Assembly: GCA_963801165.1 (NCBI GenBank)
Contig: CAWDDT010000005.1
Location: 32,001 to 96,000, forward strand
DNA: 64,000 nt
Source of the DNA: an uncultured bacterium
Lineage (GTDB): Bacteria > Actinomycetota > Acidimicrobiia > Spongiisociales > UBA5794
Reading direction: 5' to 3'
In this document: one piece after another, positions 28,424 through 37,395 of the stretch
How positions within the stretch are numbered: position 1 is the stretch's first letter
Layout: every line of letters starts with the position of its first letter
The notes under the pieces: model-generated
Told to the model about the DNA's origin: nothing
The model's input: only the letters and a program-made list of their open reading frames with translations
Database searches by the model: none
Program-made: the position numbers and the translations under genes

Positions 28424-29392
28424 TCAGCGACTCGGAGTTGGCAGACCCTCGACGTCGAATGTGACATCGACCGGCAACGTCCCGATGAGCGTCACCGTCG
28501 CGTTGATCGACATCGTGTCTGCCGCTGCGCCGCCGATCTCCTGGCGGGTCAGACTAGCGACGCCCTGGGTGGCGATATCACCAATACCCGACCCAAAGTC
28601 AAATGTGGAGCCGTTCTCGAAGTAAAGGGCCGAGGCGTTCTGCTGATCGCCTATGGCGACGAAGAGCTGCACGCTACCGCCACGATCGCCGGCCCCGTCC
28701 AGGGTCCAGGTAGCCTCGCCGTCCGACTCCCCCAGCGATAGATCCACGGCCAGAGACACACCACCGCCGAGATCGATCTCGATATCGCTCAGCTCCGCGG
28801 GAACACCGGTGAAGGGCGCTTCGACTGTGCCGTCACGTCCGTCCATCGCCCACGTGTCGACGAGCCGGAGTTGGCGTTGCGTGACGTCACCCTCCTTGTC
28901 GAACTGCACGGAGAAGCCGCCGCCAACGGCCGTGTTGTACACGATGCCGCTCGAAGTCAGCTCGTCCCCACCGGCGGTCGTGAGCACCCAATCGCCACCG
29001 TCGAAGCCACCGGAACTCGTGAGACCACGACGGGTAGCGGTCGTGAAGGCAATGATCAGCTGGTCTCCCGTGTCAACCATGTATTCCGGCTTGATGGCGG
29101 TCATGTCGTCGACCTGCACGAAGCCCTCGGGGAAGTCAACGGGCACCTCGGAAACCGGGAGGCCCGTGGATGGGGTCGACGTCAGAACCACTTCTGTCGT
29201 TGTCGTCGTCGCTGCACTCGTCGCGTCACCACCTGAGGCGACGGCATAGCCGCCGATGACCGCCAGCGCTCCAATGGCAATGCCCGCAACGAGTGACCAT
29301 GGAGCCCGCCGACCTTTGCCACCCGGCTCGCCGGGTGTGGGCGCCCACGGCGATCGCAGGAGTTCGTCGAACGGGGACTGCTCGTCACTCAT
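28424..29392 (-). CDS. Hypothetical membrane-anchored protein
   Basis: Single TM helix, Thr-rich linker and beta-rich extracellular part. Confidence 0.65.
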   Translation of the reverse strand: MSDEQSPFDELLRSPWAPTPGEPGGKGRRAPWSLVAGIAIGALAVIGGYAVASGGDATSAATTTTTEVVLTSTPSTGLPVSEVPVDFPEGFVQVDDMTAIKPEYMVDTGDQLIIAFTTATRRGLTSSGGFDGGDWVLTTAGGDELTSSGIVYNTAVGGGFSVQFDKEGDVTQRQLRLVDTWAMDGRDGTVEAPFTGVPAELSDIEIDLGGGVSLAVDLSLGESDGEATWTLDGAGDRGGSVQLFVAIGDQQNASALYFENGSTFDFGSGIGDIATQGVASLTRQEIGGAAADTMSINATVTLIGTLPVDVTFDVEGLPTPSR

Positions 29393-30276
29393 GTCTCGCT
29401 CCACACCGTAACCGTCCCGTCGAGCGGCTCCCAGGACACCAACCGCGCCAGCACCCGGACGGTCTCAGGGGCAGTCGGCTCGCTCCACATGAGCTGGAAA
29501 CCGGTGGCGCCACCGGTCAAGCCGAGGCCTCCGATGGTCGACGCCGCGCTCTGCCACCCGGGACCGTCGCCGACGAACTGGGTGCTGGGCCCGAAGCCCT
29601 GGTCGAGCGCCACCCGCCAGGGATCGAAGGAACGATCGAGTTCGAAGCCGATGATCGCCCCGTTGCGTTGTTCGAGGATGGCGTTGATCTTCATGACCGT
29701 CCCGTCGTACAGCTGCGCCGAAGCGCCGTCGACGCCGGGCAGCTCGACCACAACCTCACCGGGTACGGCGACACGCCATGCCGTGACTTTGACCGAAGCC
29801 ACCGCATCCAGGTCGGTTTCGCCCTCGAATCGGATCGAATCGGCTACGCCCTCCTGGGGCTCCTGAGTGGGGACCTGGCTCGGACGCGGCGGACCAGAGG
29901 TGGCGTCGACAATCGTCCCGGACGTGGTGACCAGCTCCCATGTCTCGGGTAGGACCGGAGGGAGCTGGGAACCTCCGAAAGAGAAGCCTTGCGAACTACC
30001 GAGGGCGACGAGCCGGTAGTCGAGGACCGCGGTACTCCCGTCCACGTCGAACCCGTCGACGATGACAACCGTCGACTCGAAGCGAACGCCACCCTCGGCG
30101 GTCCACGCCGGTTCGGCGACGCTCGGCGTGGCCCGGGCAGCGGTGGTGGTTGTGATTGTGGCCGGTTGGTCCGCCCCAGGTTGCGCCGGACTGCCGTGTG
30201 CTCCCAACCAGAGACCGGCTGCGGCCAGCACTAGGCCGATGAGGGCGCCTCGCAAGATCCCGGTGCCGGTCTTCAT
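29389..30276 (-). CDS. Hypothetical membrane-anchored protein
   Basis: N-terminal TM helix and Thr-rich linker; TAGACT 7 nt before the ATG; overlaps the downstream gene. Confidence 0.65.
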   Translation of the reverse strand: MKTGTGILRGALIGLVLAAAGLWLGAHGSPAQPGADQPATITTTTAARATPSVAEPAWTAEGGVRFESTVVIVDGFDVDGSTAVLDYRLVALGSSQGFSFGGSQLPPVLPETWELVTTSGTIVDATSGPPRPSQVPTQEPQEGVADSIRFEGETDLDAVASVKVTAWRVAVPGEVVVELPGVDGASAQLYDGTVMKINAILEQRNGAIIGFELDRSFDPWRVALDQGFGPSTQFVGDGPGWQSAASTIGGLGLTGGATGFQLMWSEPTAPETVRVLARLVSWEPLDGTVTVWSET

Positions 30277-30358
30277 CGCGGGGAGTCTATATGTGTGTCG
30301 TGCCGACTCACGGCTCGCGGGTGTTTGCCCTCCCCTTAAGATCGTCCGAAGGTTTCCC

Positions 30359-30385
30359 TAAAGACTCGAGGCGTCGTGCCGATAG
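30359..30385 (+). promoter_or_regulatory. Sigma28 (FliA/WhiG)-type promoter
   Basis: TAAA (30359-62)-N15-GCCGATAG (30378-85), one mismatch from the TAAA-N15-GCCGATAA consensus. Confidence 0.65.
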
Positions 30386-30408
30386 GCAACCCGAAGGAGG
30401 GCAGATTC

Positions 30409-30984
30409 ATGGATCCTGAGTTGGCACGTCTCGCTCTACACCACGGCCCCGGGTTTGGTGACCACGGCTCCCGGGTGGCACAACTGGCGGTGGCGACCGC
30501 CGAATACCTCGGGCTCGAGCGGCACGAGATGAAGCGGCTCTGGTTCGGCTCGCTGATCCACGATCTCGGGAAGACCGATGTGGACCAGTCGATCCTGGCC
30601 AAGACAACGGCACTCACCGATGACGAGGCCGAGGAGATCAGACGCCATCCTCAGATTGGATACGACAGTCTCTCCGACCTGGTGCATCCCAGCATCGCCG
30701 AGGCGGTGCTGTGCCACCATGAGCGATGGGATGGCTCCGGCTACCCAACTGGAGTCAAGGGGCGGTCCATACCGCTGATGAGCCGGATCATCTTCGTCGT
30801 CGACGCCTACGACGTCATGACCACGGGTCGTGACTACCGGGCCCAGCTCGGGATCCGAGCCGCCGGCGACGAGCTACTCAAGTGGTCCGGGCGCCAGTTC
30901 GACCCGATGGTGGTTGACGCTTTCGCTTCTGTGAGCCGTCCTCAGCTAGCTCCGCGTTACGCCGAGAACGGTCACCATCACTAG
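30409..30984 (+). CDS. Stand-alone HD-GYP domain phosphodiesterase
   Basis: Motifs HGSRVA, IHDLGK, HHERWDGSGYP, DAYDVM, QFDP; AAGGAGG RBS. Confidence 0.9.
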   Translation: MDPELARLALHHGPGFGDHGSRVAQLAVATAEYLGLERHEMKRLWFGSLIHDLGKTDVDQSILAKTTALTDDEAEEIRRHPQIGYDSLSDLVHPSIAEAVLCHHERWDGSGYPTGVKGRSIPLMSRIIFVVDAYDVMTTGRDYRAQLGIRAAGDELLKWSGRQFDPMVVDAFASVSRPQLAPRYAENGHHH

Positions 30985-31757
30985 CACCCACTGCCTTCGC
31001 TGCGACTCACGATACGGCCCTTTTCCGGGCGGGTGAGCCGCTGCACCTCTTTGACCATGTCGGCCAACCGCTTGTGATGGGAACCCTTCCAGAAGATCCG
31101 CCCACAGCCGGTGCAACGGCGGAACGCGTCGTAGTGGCGTTTGGTGAGCGGCTCCAGAAGATGCTCGATCTCTGCTTTCGCCACCGGCTCGATCCGACCG
31201 TTGCACTCCATACAGCGGGCAAACGGATCCATCGACTCCCGAAGGTCGAAACGTCGCATGACCTCCACGATCTGGCCCGGCGGCCAAACGGCACGCACGA
31301 AGTAGCCATGGACCACAACGGAACGCTTGAGAAGGTCGCGATCCTTGGTGAGGAGAATCCGGTTCTCGCCAACAGAGATCTCTGCCAGATCGCCGTCGTC
31401 AAGAGCCCCATCGCTGACCGCGTCGAACCCGAGAAGACGGAGGTATTTGGCCAGCCGTCCGAGATTCACGTCGACGACGAAGCGGCCCACCGGTGTCTCA
31501 GAACGAAGCCCTCCTTCGATCTCGAGCGAGCGGAAGACCGGGTAGACGCTGACCCAGTCGCCGGGCTGGAGCTGATAACCGAAGTCGACAGGTTCGCCGG
31601 CCACAAGGATTAGATCCACTTCGGTATGAGGGACCCCACAAGCCTCGATGCGGTCCTTCACGCTCGGAGAATCGGCGACGGTAACGGTGGCAAGCCGCTG
31701 CCCCGAGGGCAGGAAGTCGGTGAGCTCTCCGAAGAATCGCAACGTGGCCTGGTACAT
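30981..31757 (-). CDS. Mut7-C RNase domain protein with N-terminal ubiquitin-like domain
   Basis: Motifs SVKDRIEACGVPHTEVD, DVNLGRLAKYLRLLGFD, RILLTKDR, RCMECN, CTGCGRIFWKGSH. Confidence 0.9.
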   Translation of the reverse strand: MYQATLRFFGELTDFLPSGQRLATVTVADSPSVKDRIEACGVPHTEVDLILVAGEPVDFGYQLQPGDWVSVYPVFRSLEIEGGLRSETPVGRFVVDVNLGRLAKYLRLLGFDAVSDGALDDGDLAEISVGENRILLTKDRDLLKRSVVVHGYFVRAVWPPGQIVEVMRRFDLRESMDPFARCMECNGRIEPVAKAEIEHLLEPLTKRHYDAFRRCTGCGRIFWKGSHHKRLADMVKEVQRLTRPEKGRIVSRSEGSGC

Positions 31758-31888
31758 GACAAGGCCATCATTGCCCAACTCGGCGGCGTTCGTGACGCGA
31801 GATAGCGAAAAATCCGTCGATATGCGGCGAACTGCACGAATATGGTGAAGGCCCATCCACCCTCGATGACACAGAAAGAGGAGCCCGC

Positions 31889-33247
31889 GTGGAAGTGATC
31901 TCGATCCGGACCACCAGTCTCGGCGACACGACATACGTCGCGACACGCGGCAAGAACGCGATCGTCGTCGATCCTCAACGCGACATCGGTCGGTTCCTCG
32001 ACGTGCTCGACGATCGCGGCCTCACGCTCACGCATGTGCTCGAGACGCACGTTCACAACGACTACATCTCGGGTGGCAGGGACCTCGCCAAAGTGAGGGA
32101 CGCCGACCTGGTTCTCCCTGCGGGCTCGGGTGCGTCGTTCTCCTACCGGCCCGCCTTTCACAACGAGGAGATCGAGAGCAGCGACGGCCTGATCATCCGC
32201 CCGCTACACACCCCCGGCCATACGCCCGAGCACACCAGCTACGTCATCCTCGTCGATGGCACCGAGCAAGCCGTATTCACCGGTGGCAGCCTGCTGGTCG
32301 GGGCCGCGGGCCGATCGGATCTGCTCGGCCGTCAATACGCCCGCCAGCTCGCCATCCTCCAGCACGGCAGCCTGCGCCGCCTCGGCCGACTCCCGGACAC
32401 GACCGGTGTGTTTCCCACTCACGGCGAAGGTTCCTTCTGTACGGCTTCCGGCGCAGGGCGCACTACGTCGACGATCGGGCGGGAGAAGACGGAGAACCGA
32501 CTGTTCGGGTTCGACAACGCCGAGGCATTTGCCGACGATCAGCTCGGTGGTCTCGTCCCCTACCCCGACTACTACGCCCACATGGGTCCGACGAACAGGC
32601 AGAACCCCACCGCGATCGAGCCAGCTGCGCCTGCGGAGCTATCTCCGCCCGAGGCCGAGACCGCGATCACAGCGGGCGCCGCGATACTCGACGGCCGCGA
32701 TCGGTACTCGTTTGCCGCCGGTCACATCCCCGGATCGATCGGCATTGAGCTCGGGGACTCCTACGCACCGTGGGCAGGCTGGCTGCTCGACTACAACGTC
32801 CCGCTCGTTCTCGTCTTGAACACAAACGACGACGCCCAGCGCGCCGCCACGGAATTGGCAAGGATCGGGTTCACCAACGTGCTCGGGGTCGTGCGTGGCG
32901 TCGCTGCGTGGCTGGCGACCGGCCACCCGGTGTCATCGTTCACCACCGCATCACACTCAGATCTCGCGAACGCTCTGACGACGGCCGATCACGACATCCA
33001 GATCCTCGACGTCCGCGATCCTCAGGAATGGGAGCGAGCGCACATCTCAGGAGCGATCCACCGCTATGTACCCGACATCAGGTCGGGGCTTCCTGACGGT
33101 CTCGACCCTACGCACCCGGTATGGGTGGTCTGCCAGAGCGGCAACCGGGCGTCAATCGCGGCGGGTTTACTGGAGCGCCTGGATGTCGAGCCGATCGTCG
33201 TCACCAGGGGCGGTGTCTCTCAGGTGCTCGCCTCGACTGGTGCGTGA
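31889..33247 (+). CDS. MBL-fold hydrolase fused to two rhodanese domains (persulfide dioxygenase/sulfurtransferase-like)
   Basis: Motifs ETHVHNDYISG, TPGHTPEH, HGEGSFC, GHIPGS, and rhodanese active site CQSGNRA. Confidence 0.88.
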   Translation: MEVISIRTTSLGDTTYVATRGKNAIVVDPQRDIGRFLDVLDDRGLTLTHVLETHVHNDYISGGRDLAKVRDADLVLPAGSGASFSYRPAFHNEEIESSDGLIIRPLHTPGHTPEHTSYVILVDGTEQAVFTGGSLLVGAAGRSDLLGRQYARQLAILQHGSLRRLGRLPDTTGVFPTHGEGSFCTASGAGRTTSTIGREKTENRLFGFDNAEAFADDQLGGLVPYPDYYAHMGPTNRQNPTAIEPAAPAELSPPEAETAITAGAAILDGRDRYSFAAGHIPGSIGIELGDSYAPWAGWLLDYNVPLVLVLNTNDDAQRAATELARIGFTNVLGVVRGVAAWLATGHPVSSFTTASHSDLANALTTADHDIQILDVRDPQEWERAHISGAIHRYVPDIRSGLPDGLDPTHPVWVVCQSGNRASIAAGLLERLDVEPIVVTRGGVSQVLASTGA

Positions 33248-33441
33248 GACTCGAGCCTCGCCTCGGTGGCCGGCGTCGGCGATGTGGAAGTTGCTGCAGG
33301 GTGGTTTGTCCGACGACGGGGCGCTCATACCTACCGCGTAGAGACTGCCCGATTTGACCCGAGCGATCCAGGGATACGGCAAAGTCGTCAACTAGGCCGA
33401 CCCCAGTCCAAGAGGCCAGCCAACTGGAGTCTGATTCATGG

Positions 33442-34085
33442 TCAGGACGGGTGCTCGTCGAAGAAGGCGACGATCCGGCTCCTGGCATCGGTGGCCGACG
33501 GTTCGTGGTAGCCGGCCGACACGAACCTAACCATGATCACCGACCATCGCGGCACTTCGGCATCGGGGTGATCGTTCATGAAGCTATGCCCGGCTTCGGA
33601 GTACAACTTCATGTCAAACGGTATCGAATGCTCTTTCAGGACGGCGGCGATCTTGTCGGGCTCGCGCCGCAGGCTCCGATCCAACCAGCCGTAGCTGCCG
33701 ACGATAGGACAGGAGCCGGCGAGCCCGGCGAGCGCTTCCTTAGTGAGACCCGTAGTTGCTGCTGGCGGCCCGGAACCCACCGCGACCGGCGAGGAACAGA
33801 GCAAATCCGCCGCCGCGATAGAACCCGATCACGCCCACTCTGCTGCTGCTGTCGGGACGGGCAACCAGCCAGGATCAAACCGCTTCGAAGTCCTCGTAGA
33901 TCGGACCACGACCACTCATCGCCTCCCGTACGGTGGTGAACAGACAACGCATCCTGCCGCCCCAGTAGTAGAGGTCTGGAGCTGCGGCCAGAAAGCCCTC
34001 CCCGGCAAGCCAGTCGACCTGACTGCGGAGGTCCGTCGTCATAACGGCCCAACCGCCGTCCAGGAATGATGGCCACGCAAGAATG
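33442..34085 (-). pseudogene. Dienelactone hydrolase pseudogene
   Basis: LRSQVDWLAGEGFLAAAPDLY is followed by an in-frame TGA (33875-77); then RVGVIGFYRGGGFAL (nucleophile Cys lost) and a frameshift before CPIVGSYG...YSEAGHSFMN. Confidence 0.8.
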
Positions 34086-34141
34086 GTGCCTGATCTGCTC
34101 AACCGGGTAAACACATGGCCACCGTGCGAGGTGTGCAGGGT

Positions 34142-34678
34142 ATGAAGACGACAGGAGTATTGGTGACGGATCGAGAACCGGGCGCCCCCGCGGTCCGCTT
34201 GCAAGAGACCTTCCCTGCGTTTTACCGCCGGGAGTACCCGAAGATGGTGGCCATCGCCGCCGCCGTCTCCGGGAATCGCGCGATCGCCGAGGACTTGGCT
34301 CAGGACGCCATGGTTCGTGCTCATCGTCACTGGGACCGCATTTCTTCTTATGACCGTCCGGGTGCCTGGGCGCGCCGGGTCACCATCAACCTGTCGCTCA
34401 GCGCGGCGAGGCGGGCGACCGCAGAGATGAGGAAGATCCTGCGTCTCGCCGAGCCGGCGACTCTGCCGGCTCCCGAAGCGGCAGACGATCGAGTATGGCA
34501 AGCCGTGGCACGGCTCCCCGGCAACCAGCGCGCTGCCATCGCGCTCCACTATCTCGAGGACCGGTCGATCGACGAGATCGCCACGATCCTCGATATCGCG
34601 CCCGCAACGGCGCGCGTCCACCTCCACCGCGGACGCCAGGCACTGGCGACCGATCTCGACCAAGAGGAGGCCTCATGA
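34142..34678 (+). CDS. ECF RNA polymerase sigma factor (SigE-like)
   Basis: Motifs AEDLAQDA, W.RRV.IN, LPGNQRAAIALHYLED, EIA.IL, TARVHLHRGR; start uncertain. Confidence 0.9.
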   Translation: MKTTGVLVTDREPGAPAVRLQETFPAFYRREYPKMVAIAAAVSGNRAIAEDLAQDAMVRAHRHWDRISSYDRPGAWARRVTINLSLSAARRATAEMRKILRLAEPATLPAPEAADDRVWQAVARLPGNQRAAIALHYLEDRSIDEIATILDIAPATARVHLHRGRQALATDLDQEEAS

Positions 34679-35844
34679 GCGAGCGCGACATCCGAAACAG
34701 TTTCCAGCACCTCCAGGAGGATGTCATGAGCAATGTCGAGACCGAGAAGCGGCTCGCCCACATCACCGATAGGCGAAGACGGCTCCGCCCAGCGCTCACC
34801 GCATTCGCCGGGGCGGCGGCGGTTGTCCTGGCGGTCGGCGCCACCTTGTTCCTCCTGCGCCCCTCGGGACCGACCGACACGCTGCCTCCGGTGACGGAAA
34901 TCACGGTGGCTCCGACGACCAACCGCGTCCCAACGACGAGCGAAGCCACCACGACAACCAATCCGGAGAACGCGCTCCCCACCCTGAGCAACGGCACAGT
35001 CGTCATCGCCGCGCCGGACTTGGCGCCCAGCAGCCCGCAAGGCGTCGAAGTGTCTGTGGTGGTGGGTCGGGACGGCACGGCAGCCGTTCGGGGCGACCGG
35101 GTGGTCGGTGACGGCAGCGGAGGGCTGTTCGTCCAGAGCGGAGGCAACATCGAGTGGTGGCGTCCGGACGGCACGCGCACCACTCTGGTCGATCCGACGT
35201 TCACAGGTAGCAGAGTGGAACTGCGGCTCGAGGACGTCGCAGTCGTAGACGGGGAGACCAACGTGATCTTCATCGCCGCGGGTGGGGAGAACCTGCAACG
35301 CTATGAAGAGGTTTGGCGCTACGACGTAGCGACGGCGACCCCGACCATGATCTACCACACCGGCGCCTATGAAGGTGGGATCCGGAGGGCATCCCTCGCA
35401 GGCAACCTCCTCGTTGTGACGAGGGCCGCCGAGGGATACACGTGGTTCTTGTTCTTCGATGCAGACGGGAACCCGGTCGACGTGCACAACCCAAAACCGG
35501 ACGGCGCCGAGGCTCCGATCTTCGTCGATCAAGGTGTGCTGTCTCCGGATGGGGCAACCCTCGCCTATCTCGAGTCGGATCTGGCCTCACCAGCCGACGA
35601 CAACACGTGGCCCATGGATGTGGTGGTGTGGGATCTCGCAACCGGCACCGAGACCAGTAGGACGCCGGTCGGACTCGGCACCTGGTTCCCGGATCGTATG
35701 GACTTCGACGGCAACGGCGTCGTGCTCGGCCGGATCAGGCATGGGGCGGACGGGGACCAAACGGGAGCGCCGCTCCAGGTCTCACTCGCTACCGGCAACA
35801 GCGCCGAGCTCGCCGCTGACGGAACACCCAGTCTCATCAAGTGA
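34675..35844 (+). CDS. Putative anti-sigma factor (short cytoplasmic N-terminus, TM helix, beta-propeller-like extracellular domain)
   Basis: ATGA-coupled to the ECF sigma gene; single TM helix; LSPDGATLAY repeat-like motif. Confidence 0.65.
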   Translation: MSERDIRNSFQHLQEDVMSNVETEKRLAHITDRRRRLRPALTAFAGAAAVVLAVGATLFLLRPSGPTDTLPPVTEITVAPTTNRVPTTSEATTTTNPENALPTLSNGTVVIAAPDLAPSSPQGVEVSVVVGRDGTAAVRGDRVVGDGSGGLFVQSGGNIEWWRPDGTRTTLVDPTFTGSRVELRLEDVAVVDGETNVIFIAAGGENLQRYEEVWRYDVATATPTMIYHTGAYEGGIRRASLAGNLLVVTRAAEGYTWFLFFDADGNPVDVHNPKPDGAEAPIFVDQGVLSPDGATLAYLESDLASPADDNTWPMDVVVWDLATGTETSRTPVGLGTWFPDRMDFDGNGVVLGRIRHGADGDQTGAPLQVSLATGNSAELAADGTPSLIK

Positions 35845-35857
35845 CCACAATGATGGG

Positions 35858-37348
35858 GTGAGAGTCGGAACGACCGTCGCGTTGTGTGTGTTGCTTGCCG
35901 CCTGCGGGGGGACAGCCGCAGGCGGCAACGCCTCCACGACGACGATGTCGAGTGCGCACAGCCCCCCGCGAGGGATCGTGCGAATCGCTTTGGTCGGGGA
36001 CGTAATGCTGGGGCGGGGAGTCGCTCCGGTAATCGAAGCGGATGGGGATTCCGCGTTCGAGGGTGTGCGCCACCTGCTCAGCGAAGCCGACATCGCCGGA
36101 GCCAATCTGGAATCGCCGCTCACTACCCGGCCTCACGTCTCGAACAACGTCAACGCCCTCGAAGCGGATCCGCGGTATGTCAGCGTCCTCGCTGGGGCTG
36201 GCTTCGATGTCATGGCGCTGCCCAACAACCATACGATGGACGCCGGCGCCGAGGGTCTGCTCGACACGATCGGCGCTCTCGATGGTGCCGGCATCGCACA
36301 CATCGGGGCCGACGCAGACAACGCCGCCGAGCCGTTGATCGTCGAGGAAGACGGGCTGACAGTTGGCTTCCTCGCCTTCGACACGACTGGTGTTGGGCCG
36401 ACCGCCGGCGCCGATCCCGGAGTGATGCGTTGGGAAGGCGACACCTCACTCGATCAGGTGCGGGCGGTGCGAGGGAATGTCGACGTGCTGGTCGTCTCGA
36501 TCGACGGCGGGACCGAGTACCTCCCCGTAAACGATCCCGGCCTGGCCGCGATAGCCGTACAACTCGCCGCAGTGGGCGTCGACGTGGTCTGGGGCCACGG
36601 CGCACATGTGGTGCAGCCGGTGTCGGTGAGCGCCGGGACGCGCCCTACGGTGGTCTCAACTTCTCTGGGCAACTTCCTCTTCGACCAGGCTGGTACGGAC
36701 CGCACTACCGGCTACGTGCTGGAGGTGATGGCGGGCAGCGCCGGTGTCGTCGCCTACCGGGTCGCGGTGACCGAGCATCCCGACCGCCGTGTCGTGTTCG
36801 ATGAATGGCTCGATCCTGCCGGCGACGCCGTCTGGATGGATGGTGCATGGTGGACGCTCACCGTTCAGCCGGTCACCTCACCCACAACTTCAGTCTCGGT
36901 CGACGCCTTCCGACACGGCGATCTCGTTGCCGCGGCGCACGGCGACATCAACGGCGATGGAACCGATGACGTTGTTGCCTCGTTCCGGCGACCGTACGAG
37001 CCGACCCCGTTCATCGAGACACACCCGGAGGTGCAGTGGCAGGATGCGGTGGGACGAAGCGCCCATCTCGGCGTCTACCGACCCGACGGGCTCGAGGAGG
37101 TCTGGGTCGCCGGCACCGTGATGCAGCCGGTCGCCGGCCTCGAGGTGTGCGACGGATCATTGGCGCTGGTCCACGACCGGCTCGACGATCCCATGGTGGT
37201 TGCGGCGGGGGCCTGGCAGTGGAACGGCTTTGGGTTCACCACAGCACCCGCGATTCCCGGCCCGGGCACCCCCGCCTGCGCCGACGTAGACGGCGACGGT
37301 CGGACGGAGCCGGTCATCCTCGATCGGTACCCGGGTCATTCCCGATAG
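35858..37348 (+). CDS. CapA (PGA_cap) metallophosphatase-family lipoprotein with C-terminal FG-GAP/VCBS-like motifs
   Basis: Lipobox LAAC; motifs GDVMLGR, NLESP, NNH, GHGAH, SLGNFLFDQ, GDINGDGTDD, ADVDGDGRTE. Confidence 0.82.
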   Translation: MRVGTTVALCVLLAACGGTAAGGNASTTTMSSAHSPPRGIVRIALVGDVMLGRGVAPVIEADGDSAFEGVRHLLSEADIAGANLESPLTTRPHVSNNVNALEADPRYVSVLAGAGFDVMALPNNHTMDAGAEGLLDTIGALDGAGIAHIGADADNAAEPLIVEEDGLTVGFLAFDTTGVGPTAGADPGVMRWEGDTSLDQVRAVRGNVDVLVVSIDGGTEYLPVNDPGLAAIAVQLAAVGVDVVWGHGAHVVQPVSVSAGTRPTVVSTSLGNFLFDQAGTDRTTGYVLEVMAGSAGVVAYRVAVTEHPDRRVVFDEWLDPAGDAVWMDGAWWTLTVQPVTSPTTSVSVDAFRHGDLVAAAHGDINGDGTDDVVASFRRPYEPTPFIETHPEVQWQDAVGRSAHLGVYRPDGLEEVWVAGTVMQPVAGLEVCDGSLALVHDRLDDPMVVAAGAWQWNGFGFTTAPAIPGPGTPACADVDGDGRTEPVILDRYPGHSR

Positions 37349-37395
37349 CTCCCAAGGCGGGTAAGGAGTCGGTATGTTGAGGGGGGAGAACAACG

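Noticed and set aside
33875-33877. In-frame TGA as possible selenocysteine or read-through
   Set aside because: The position is non-catalytic and the gene has further lesions, so it is a pseudogene
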